From Candidatus Poribacteria bacterium (GTDB lineage: Bacteria > Poribacteria > WGA-4E > WGA-3G): DNA of 64,000 nt. The notes below the pieces were generated by a model, which saw only the letters and a program-made list of their open reading frames with translations, was not told where the DNA came from and ran no database searches. How positions within the stretch are numbered: position 1 is the stretch's first letter; every line of letters starts with the position of its first letter. The DNA is taken from NCBI GenBank assembly GCA_964291315.2, contig OZ219753.1, positions 1,280,001-1,344,000 of the forward strand. The letters run 5' to 3'. This document shows, piece by piece, positions 49,264-56,707 of the stretch. The position numbers were made by a program, and so were the translations under genes.

Positions 49264-50003
49264 TGCACGATGTCTGGCATGACATCAACTTTATCCCGCC
49301 CTCAAGCACGGAACGGGCAGGCTACCCTACACAGAAACCTGTCGAACTTTACAAACGCATTATACAAGCGTCCTCAAATGCGGGTGATCGGGTCTTAGAC
49401 CCATTTACAGGTTGCGGGACAACGGCCATCGCAGCAGAAAGCTTGAATCGTCAATGGATAGGTATAGACCGCACCTACCTTGCCGTCGGGACTGTCGCCC
49501 AACAAATAGAGAAATACTTTCCGCACCTCCGTGACGACATCACTATTACCGGAACACCTGAAAACGCCCCTCAAGCGTTAGACCTAGCACACAGAAACCC
49601 ACAAGACTTCGCGGAATGGATTGTCACGCACGTATTGAAATTTAAATCGAATGCTAAGAAAGGTGGCGATGGCGGTATAGACGGTATCCTAAGATTCCCA
49701 ATCGGTAAAGTCAACGGGAGACGAGCGTTCGGGAAAGCGGTGGCACAAGTCAAGGGCGGTCAATACACGCTTGGAGATCTCCGCGATTTTAGAACAGCTA
49801 TGCGAAATCAAGAAGCTGAATTAGGAGTCTTTGTCGCTACAACACCGCCCACGCGCGGCATGAAACAGGAAATCGCACGCGCAGGACGCTATAAGCATCC
49901 TAAATATAAAATGGAAATACCGAGCTTGCAACACTATCAGATACAAGACTATTTCACCGGTAAACTGCCGCAATTGCCTCACGCTGAGAGGAACCTCTTA
50001 TAG
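49260..50003 (+). CDS. DNA methyltransferase C-terminal fragment fused to an Mrr-like PD-(D/E)XK domain
   Basis: DVW, YPTQKP and DPFTGCGTT, then DGGIDG...AQVKGG. Confidence 0.82.
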   Translation: MMHDVWHDINFIPPSSTERAGYPTQKPVELYKRIIQASSNAGDRVLDPFTGCGTTAIAAESLNRQWIGIDRTYLAVGTVAQQIEKYFPHLRDDITITGTPENAPQALDLAHRNPQDFAEWIVTHVLKFKSNAKKGGDGGIDGILRFPIGKVNGRRAFGKAVAQVKGGQYTLGDLRDFRTAMRNQEAELGVFVATTPPTRGMKQEIARAGRYKHPKYKMEIPSLQHYQIQDYFTGKLPQLPHAERNLL

Positions 50004-50132
50004 AAGATGTGTGGAAGATGTGCAGCGGAACCCTAAGACGGGATCAGTCGGAAAACCTTATCATTTTTTCTATACCGCCGATGCGTCCATTTACAACGTA
50101 CGGACACCTCTGGCGGATATTTTTTTTACCTA

Positions 50133-50290
50133 TAACGTGAGTTTGAAAAAAGAGTGAGCAGGCCCTTTTGTAGCAGAACGGTTTCGGTTCCTCTGCGAGG
50201 GGCTTGTAGCATAGACTGTCAGTTTCCTGTACCTCTTCGGCGCTTCTCACACCACCTGTTAGGCTGTGCAAGTACTCTCACTATCCACAG
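50133..50290. repeat. Composite REP/MITE-like element, copy B
   Basis: Same 26-nt head as 1320-1345, GTAG units at 50170, 50206 and about 50246, and a CTGTGCAAG..TATCCA end. Confidence 0.7.
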
Positions 50291-50329
50291 CTGATCTCAG
50301 CAATTATCAAGCCAGCGTTACGTATATGA

Positions 50330-51142
50330 TTAATTGTCGGCTTTTAGGCGTTTTATTTCAGCCAATGCGTCTGCGAGCTCTGCGTCTGCAGCGGCTGCGC
50401 GTGCATCGGCTTGTTGTCGTGCGTCTGCCTCTGTGGCTGCCCTGGCATCGGCCTCTGCGGCCCGTGCATCAGCCTCTTGTCGTGCTTTTGCCTCTGCTTG
50501 TGCTCGTGCATCAGCCTCTTGTCGTGCCTTTGCCTCTGCGGCTGCGCGTGCATCGGCGTGTCTAACCCGTCTCTCCAAAGGCTCTAGCCACGCTGAACGA
50601 ACAGGATCATACAACCCGAGAGCCCCATCACGCTCGCCTAACTCTAAACCCAGCACAACCGACGGCAGACGACCGTTCACGAAGCCTATCTCCTCATACA
50701 CGCCATCAACAAGACGATACCCGAGAAAAGAAGGCGACACCTCGCCATAAGGATCGTAAATATAATACTCGCGCACCCCAAGCACCGACGCATACAACTC
50801 ACGCTTAGCAGTCAAGTCCTGCCGATAGGTGCTGCGACTCGCTAACTCTAAGATAAAATCAGGCGCCTGCCCCTCTTCCCAGACCCGATAGGTGCGCCGC
50901 TGCTTTTTACTCACCCCGAAGACAACAAACACATCTGGCGACACCGATTTCCTCGGGTTCCCCTCCTTATAATACATCATGAGATTGCCAGAGACATATG
51001 CGTCGTTGACATCTTGGAAGTGGTGCTCCAGCATCTGAATGCAGTCGATCATAAGTTTTCTGTGTTTGTCGGTTTCTGCCATAGGTTTATCGTCCGATTC
51101 GGGATAGACGAGCGTTGGAGCGGCTTTTATTTTGCTACACAT
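50330..51142 (-). CDS. Uma2 family (DUF820) putative endonuclease with coiled-coil tail, copy 1
   Basis: YPESD.KPMAE, SPDVFV, PDFILELAS.ST and GVREY.IYDP motifs, with 8 heptads before the AADAELA cap. Confidence 0.92.
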   Translation of the reverse strand: MCSKIKAAPTLVYPESDDKPMAETDKHRKLMIDCIQMLEHHFQDVNDAYVSGNLMMYYKEGNPRKSVSPDVFVVFGVSKKQRRTYRVWEEGQAPDFILELASRSTYRQDLTAKRELYASVLGVREYYIYDPYGEVSPSFLGYRLVDGVYEEIGFVNGRLPSVVLGLELGERDGALGLYDPVRSAWLEPLERRVRHADARAAAEAKARQEADARAQAEAKARQEADARAAEADARAATEADARQQADARAAAADAELADALAEIKRLKADN

Positions 51143-51259
51143 AGGTCTGCCTCCTGCCTCTACTATCGTAATAAACTTATAGAATAAAGTATATCAGCAA
51201 AAGCTGGATATATCAAGTGGCTGATCTCAATAATTATCAAGGTTGCGTTGGGTATATGA

Positions 51260-52051
51260 TTACGTGTCAGTTTTTAGGCGTTTGAGTTCAGCCAATGCGT
51301 CTGCGAGCTCTGCGTCTGCAGCGTCTGCGCGTGCATCGGCTTGTTGTCGTGCGTCTGCCTCTGTGGCTGCCCGTGCGTCTGCCTCTGCTGCCCGTGTTTC
51401 TGCGCGTTGTCGTGCTTTTGCCTCTGCTTGTGCCCGTGCATCGGCTTCTTGTGCCCGTGCATCGGCGTGTCTAACCCGTCTCTCCAAAGGCTCCAGCCAC
51501 ACCGAACGCACCGGATCATACAACCCGAGAACCCCATCACGCTCGCCTAACTCTAAACCCAGCACAACCGACGGCAGACGATCCCCCACAAAACCTATCT
51601 CCTCATACACACCATCAACAAGACGATACCCGAGAAAAGAAGGCGACACCTCACCATAAGGATCGTAAATGTAATACTCGCGCACCCCAAGCACCGACGC
51701 ATACAACTCACGCTTAGCAGTCAAGTCCTGCCGATAGGTGCTGCGACTCGCTAACTCTAAGATAAAATCAGGCGCCTGCCCCTCTTCCCAGACCCGATAG
51801 GTGCGCCGCTGCTTTTTACTCACCCCGAAGACAACAAACACATCTGGCGACACCGATTTCCTCGGGTTCCCCTCCTCATAATACAGCATGAGATTGCCAG
51901 AGACATATGCGTCGTTGACATCTTGGAAGTGGTGCTCCAGCATCTGAATGCAGTCGATCATAAGTTTTCTGTGTTTGTCGGTTTCTGCCATAGGTTTATC
52001 GTCCGATTCGGGATAGACGAGCGTTGGAGCGGCTTTTATTTTGCTACACAT
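51260..52051 (-). CDS. Uma2 family putative endonuclease, copy 2
   Basis: Same motifs, 7 heptads. Confidence 0.92.
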   Translation of the reverse strand: MCSKIKAAPTLVYPESDDKPMAETDKHRKLMIDCIQMLEHHFQDVNDAYVSGNLMLYYEEGNPRKSVSPDVFVVFGVSKKQRRTYRVWEEGQAPDFILELASRSTYRQDLTAKRELYASVLGVREYYIYDPYGEVSPSFLGYRLVDGVYEEIGFVGDRLPSVVLGLELGERDGVLGLYDPVRSVWLEPLERRVRHADARAQEADARAQAEAKARQRAETRAAEADARAATEADARQQADARADAADAELADALAELKRLKTDT

Positions 52052-52168
52052 AGGTCTGCCTCCTGCCTCTACTATCGTAATGAACTTATAGAATAAAGTA
52101 TATCAGCAAAAGCTGGATATATCAAGTGGCTGATCTCAATAATTATCAAGGTTGCGTTGGGTATATGA

Positions 52169-52939
52169 TTACGTGTCAGTTTTTAGGCGTTTGAGTTCAG
52201 CCAATGCGTCTGCGAGCTCTGCGTCTAAAGCGTCTGCGCGTGCATCGGCTTGTTGTCGTGCGTCTGCCTCTGCTTGTGCTCGTGCATCAGCCTCTTGCCG
52301 GGCTCTTGCCTCTGCTTGCGCCCGTGCATCGGCTTCTTGTGCTCGTGCATCGGCGTGTCTAACCCGTCTCTCCAAAGGCTCCAGCCACGCTGAACGAACA
52401 GGATCATAAAATCCCAGTCGCCCCGCACGCTCGCCTAACTCTAAACCCAGCACAACCGACGGCAGACGACCGTTCACGAAGCCTATCTCCTCATACACGC
52501 CATCAACAAGACGATACCCGAGAAAAGAAGGCGACACCTCACCATAAGGATCGTAAATGTAATACTCGCGCACCCCAAGCACCGAGGCATACAACTCACG
52601 CTTAGCAGTCAAGTCCTGCCTATACGTGCTGCGACTCGCTAACTCTAAGATAAAATCAGGTGCCTGCCCCTCTTCCCAGACCCGATAGGTGCGCCGCTGC
52701 TTTTTACTCACCCCGAAGACAACAAACACATCTGGCGACACCGATTTCCTCGGGTTGCCCTCCTCATAATACAGCATGAGATTGCCAGAGACATATGCGT
52801 CGTTGACATCTTGGAAGTGGTGCTCCAGCATCTGAATGCGGTCGATCATAAGTTTTCTGTGTTTGTCGGTTTCTGCCATAGGTTTATCGTCCGATTCGGG
52901 ATAGACGAGCGTTGGAGCGGCTTTTATTTTGCTACACAT
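52169..52939 (-). CDS. Uma2 family putative endonuclease, copy 3
   Basis: Same motifs, 6 heptads. Confidence 0.92.
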   Translation of the reverse strand: MCSKIKAAPTLVYPESDDKPMAETDKHRKLMIDRIQMLEHHFQDVNDAYVSGNLMLYYEEGNPRKSVSPDVFVVFGVSKKQRRTYRVWEEGQAPDFILELASRSTYRQDLTAKRELYASVLGVREYYIYDPYGEVSPSFLGYRLVDGVYEEIGFVNGRLPSVVLGLELGERAGRLGFYDPVRSAWLEPLERRVRHADARAQEADARAQAEARARQEADARAQAEADARQQADARADALDAELADALAELKRLKTDT

Positions 52940-53056
52940 AGGTCTGCCTCCTGCCTCTACTATCGTAATGAACTTATAGAATAAAGTATATCAGCAAAAG
53001 CTGGATATATCAAGTGGCTGATCTCAATAATTATCAAGGTTGCGTTGGGTATATGA

Positions 53057-53890
53057 TTACGTGTCAGTTTTTAGGCGTTTGAGTTCAGCCAATGCGTCTG
53101 CGAGCTCTGCGTCTGCAGCGGCTGCGCGTGCATCGGCGTGTTGTCGTGCTTTTGCCTCTGCTTGTGCCCTGGCATCAGCCTCTTGTCGTGCTTTTGCCTC
53201 TGTGGCTGCGCGTGCATCGGCCTCTGCGGCCCTGGCATCGGCGTGTTGTCGTGCTTTTGCCTCTGCTTGCGCCCGTGCATCGGCTTCTTGTGCTCGTGCA
53301 TCGGCAGTCTGCAGCCATACCGAACGAACAGGGTCATAAAATCCCAGTCGCCCCGCACGCTCGCCTAACTCTAAACCCAGCACAAGCGACGGCAGACGAC
53401 CTTCCAAGAAGCCTATCTCCTCATACGCACCGTCCACAAGACGATACCCGAGAAAAGAAGGCGACACCTCGCCATAAGGATCGTAAATATAATACTCACG
53501 CACCCCAAGCACCGATGCATACAACTCACGCTTAGCAGTCAAGTCCTGCCTGTAGGTGCTTGGACTCGCCAACTCTAAGACAAAATTAGGCGCGTGTCCC
53601 TCTTCCCAGACGCGATAGGTGCGCCGATCCTGTTTGCTGACGCCGAAGACAACGAACACATCCGGAGACACGGATTTCTTAGGGTTTCCCTCTTCATAAT
53701 ACAGCATCAGATTGCCAGAGACATATACATCGTTGACCTTGCGGAAGTGGTGATTGAGTTTCTGAATGCAATCCATCATGAGGCTTCTGTGTTTATCAGT
53801 TTCTGCCATAGGTTTACCGTCCGATTCGGGATAGAGGATCGTTGGGTCTGGGTAGACCAACGTTGGAACGGCTTTTATGCTTCTCGGCAT
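53057..53890 (-). CDS. Uma2 family putative endonuclease, copy 4 (divergent N-terminus)
   Basis: Same motifs, a PTLVYPD-PTILYPE duplication and 9 heptads. Confidence 0.92.
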   Translation of the reverse strand: MPRSIKAVPTLVYPDPTILYPESDGKPMAETDKHRSLMMDCIQKLNHHFRKVNDVYVSGNLMLYYEEGNPKKSVSPDVFVVFGVSKQDRRTYRVWEEGHAPNFVLELASPSTYRQDLTAKRELYASVLGVREYYIYDPYGEVSPSFLGYRLVDGAYEEIGFLEGRLPSLVLGLELGERAGRLGFYDPVRSVWLQTADARAQEADARAQAEAKARQHADARAAEADARAATEAKARQEADARAQAEAKARQHADARAAAADAELADALAELKRLKTDT

Positions 53891-53966
53891 GGCACTACCT
53901 CCTGTCTCTCTTGTTGTAATGAACTTATTGTATAGAGTTTATCCATACTGTTTGATCACGGAATCA

Positions 53967-54800
53967 TTATTTTTCAGTTTTCAGGCGTTTTATTTCAGCC
54001 AATGCGTCTGCGAGCTCTGCGTCTGCAGCTGCTGCGCGTGCATCGGCTTGTTGTCGTGCTTTTGCCTCTGCTTGTGCCCTGGCATCAGCCTCTTGTCGTG
54101 CTTTTGCCTCTGTGGCTGCCCGTGCATCGGCCTCTGCGGCCCTGGCATCAGCCTCTTGTCGTGCTTTTGCCTCTGCTTGCGCCCTGGCATCAGCTTCTTG
54201 TGCCCGTGCATCAGCGTGTCTAACCTGTTTATCCAAAGGCTCCAGCCATACCGAACGAACAGGATCATACAACCCGAGAACCCCATCACGCTCGCCTAAC
54301 TCTAAACCCAGCACAAGCGACGGCAGACGATCCCCCGCAAAATCTATCTCCTCATACACACCATCAACAAGACGATACCCGAGAAAAGAGGGCGACACCT
54401 CGCCATAAGGATCGTAAATGTAATACTCACGCACCCCAAGCACCGAGGCATACAACTCACGCTTAGCAGTCAAGTCCTGCCGATAGGTGCTGCGACTCGC
54501 TAACTCTAACACAAAATCGGGCGCATGTCCCTCTTCCCAGACCCGATAGGTGCGCCGATCCTTTTTGCTGACCCCGAAGACAACAAACACATCTGGCGAT
54601 ACCGATTTCCTCGGGTTCCCCTCCTCATAATACAGCATGAGATTGCCAGAGACATATGCGTCGTTGACATCTTGGAAGTGGTGCTCCAGCATCTGAATGC
54701 AGTCGATCATAAGTTTTCTGTGTTTGTCGGTTTCTGCCATAGGTTTATCGTCCGATTCGGGATAGACGAGCGTTGGAGCGGCTTTTATTTTGCTACACAT
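53967..54800 (-). CDS. Uma2 family putative endonuclease, copy 5
   Basis: Same motifs, 9 heptads. Confidence 0.92.
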   Translation of the reverse strand: MCSKIKAAPTLVYPESDDKPMAETDKHRKLMIDCIQMLEHHFQDVNDAYVSGNLMLYYEEGNPRKSVSPDVFVVFGVSKKDRRTYRVWEEGHAPDFVLELASRSTYRQDLTAKRELYASVLGVREYYIYDPYGEVSPSFLGYRLVDGVYEEIDFAGDRLPSLVLGLELGERDGVLGLYDPVRSVWLEPLDKQVRHADARAQEADARAQAEAKARQEADARAAEADARAATEAKARQEADARAQAEAKARQQADARAAAADAELADALAEIKRLKTEK

Positions 54801-54917
54801 AGGTCTGCCTCCTGCCTCTACTATCGTAATAAACTTATAGAATAAAGTATATCAGCGAAAGCTGGATATATCAAGTGGCTGATCTCAATAATTATCAAGG
54901 TTGCGTTGGGTATATGA

Positions 54918-55730
54918 TTACGTGTCAGTTTTTAGGCGTTTGAGTTCAGCCAATGCGTCTGCGAGCTCTGCGTCTAAAGCTTGTGCGCGTGCATCAGCCT
55001 CTTGCCGGGCTCTTGCCTCTGCGTCTGCGCGTGCATCGGCGTGTTGTCGTGCTTTTGCCTCTGCTTGTGCTCGGGCATCAGCCTCTTGCCGGGCTCTTGC
55101 CTCTGCTTGCGCCCTGGCATCGGCTTCTTGTGCCCGTGCATCAGCGTGTCTAACCTGTTTATCCAAAGGCTCCAGCCATACCGAACGAACAGGATCATAC
55201 AACCCGAGAACCCCATCACGCTCGCCTAACTCTAAACCTAGCACAAGCGACGGCAGACGACCGTTCACGAAGCCTATCTCCTCATACACGCCATCAACAA
55301 GACGATACCCGAGAAAAGAAGGCGACACCTCACCATAAGGATCGTAAATATAATACTCACGCACCCCAAGCACCGACGCATACAACTCCCGCTTAGCAGT
55401 CAAGTCCTGCCGATAGGTGCTGCGACTCGCTAACTCTAACACAAAATCGGGAGCGTGTCCCTCTTCCCAGACCCGATAGGTGCGCCGATCCTTTTTGCTG
55501 ACCCCGAAGACAACAAACACATCTGGCGATACCGATTTCCTGGGGTTCCCCTCCTCATAATACATCATGAGATTGCCAGAGACATATGCGTCGTTGACAT
55601 CTTGGAAGTGGTGCTCCAGCATCTGAATGCAGTCGATCATAAGTTTTCTGTGTTTGTCGGTTTCTGCCATAGGTTTATCGTCCGATTCGGGATAGACGAG
55701 CGTTGGAGCGGCTTTTATTTTGCTACACAT
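54918..55730 (-). CDS. Uma2 family putative endonuclease, copy 6
   Basis: Same motifs, 8 heptads. Confidence 0.92.
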   Translation of the reverse strand: MCSKIKAAPTLVYPESDDKPMAETDKHRKLMIDCIQMLEHHFQDVNDAYVSGNLMMYYEEGNPRKSVSPDVFVVFGVSKKDRRTYRVWEEGHAPDFVLELASRSTYRQDLTAKRELYASVLGVREYYIYDPYGEVSPSFLGYRLVDGVYEEIGFVNGRLPSLVLGLELGERDGVLGLYDPVRSVWLEPLDKQVRHADARAQEADARAQAEARARQEADARAQAEAKARQHADARADAEARARQEADARAQALDAELADALAELKRLKTDT

Positions 55731-55798
55731 AGGTCTGCCTCCTGCCTCTACTATCGTAATGAACTTATAGGATAAAGGGTATCAGCAAAAGCTGCCCC

Positions 55799-56269
55799 TT
55801 ATGGTTGGACTATTCGCTGTTGTTTGAGGGTCTCTATATCTGCTGCCAGCGCCTCGATCTGCTTTTCGAAGATGCGTTCTTTTCTAATGCGCCACATCAT
55901 TATCACCTGTGGCAGCCCTATAACGACCCCTATTATTACCATCAGCCACGTCATCATTTTTTCTATACCACCGATGCGTTCATTTACGCCGTCAATGCGT
56001 CCTTCTACGCCGTCAATGCGCCCATTTACAGCGTCTATGCGCCCTTCTACACCCTCGATGCGCCCGTTTACAGCGTCTATGCGCCCATTAAGGGCAGCGA
56101 CTTGAGTCTTTAGGGTCACGATGTCGGCTCTTATCGGCTTCAGCTCCTCGCTGAGCTCCTCTTTGATGATCAACCGTATCTTATTCAGATCGGCATCCGT
56201 TAACGCACAAAACACAGGCGAGGCAATCACAAAAAAGAGCACAGAGAGTATAAATACCTTTTGCATCAC
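55799..56269 (-). CDS. Hypothetical membrane-anchored coiled-coil protein with 21-nt (heptad) repeats
   Basis: Signal peptide, (N/E)GRI(D/E)(A/G)V repeats and a C-terminal TM helix. AGAGGAG RBS. Confidence 0.82.
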   Translation of the reverse strand: MMQKVFILSVLFFVIASPVFCALTDADLNKIRLIIKEELSEELKPIRADIVTLKTQVAALNGRIDAVNGRIEGVEGRIDAVNGRIDGVEGRIDGVNERIGGIEKMMTWLMVIIGVVIGLPQVIMMWRIRKERIFEKQIEALAADIETLKQQRIVQP

Positions 56270-56484
56270 GGACTCCTCTGGACCAATTTAGCTTTCATGC
56301 TTACTTTTCATGCTCACTATTGTCCCATTTTCTCAAGCGTTTGTCAAGGAAATTGAGATGTGCCTACATTTGACTACACTACATTTGCCCCTATTTTTCG
56401 CGACTGCAACACGCCCCACCACTTGATAAAAAAAATGAAACCGTCACCGCAGATTTATAGTTAAATTAACGATTGACTTTTTAG

Positions 56485-56514
56485 TTGACTTTTTTTCTAA
56501 CGTCCGTGTATAAT
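56485..56514 (+). promoter_or_regulatory. sigma70-type promoter
   Basis: TTGACT-18-TATAAT. Confidence 0.6.
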
Positions 56515-56529
56515 ATAGGAATACCTTGT

Positions 56530-56587
56530 TGGGGCGGCACTGCTAGGTCCTGTGCTGACAGGAACTGCCGCCCTACCATCCTAGCAG
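56530..56587 (+). promoter_or_regulatory. Candidate pseudoknotted 5'-UTR RNA element
   Basis: Three perfect helices: GGGCGGCA/TGCCGCCC, CTGCTAGG/CCTAGCAG (crossing) and TCCTGT/ACAGGA. Confidence 0.55.
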
Positions 56588-56707
56588 GGGGTCAAAAACA
56601 AGGTCAGGGTAACCAGTTTTTTTCAAATCACAATAGACATCACGGCATGCGGAGACTCCGTGATAAACGTGATGCATTGACAAGACAAGGAGAAGGATAT
56701 TTTCTTT

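Larger units (their letters stand above)
50290..55794 (-). repeat. Tandem array of six ~0.9-kb units (Uma2 gene plus intergenic spacer)
   Basis: Near-identical 117-nt intergenic block at 51143-51259, 52052-52168, 52940-53056 and 54801-54917, with partial copies at both ends. Confidence 0.95.

Noticed and set aside
50012-50027. TGGAAGATGTG(C/T)AGCG shared with 61021-61036
   Set aside because: A 16-mer with one mismatch in unrelated contexts is too short to support a function.
50334-55338. Plus-strand Ala/Ser/Cys- or Leu/Arg-rich ORFs (e.g. 50334-50750, 51243-51659, 54901-55338)
   Set aside because: These are antisense shadows of the Uma2 heptad repeats.
50290-55794. CRISPR array or diversity-generating retroelement
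   Set aside because: The repeat units are whole genes, and the 21-nt repeats are in-frame coding heptads. No cas or reverse transcriptase gene is present, and the differences are not adenine-specific.
56530-56587. HDV-like ribozyme or ZTP riboswitch assignment for the pseudoknot
   Set aside because: The topology is reminiscent, but the HDV L3/P1.1/J4-2 residues and the ZTP GGGGAG and P3 hairpin are missing. Left unassigned.
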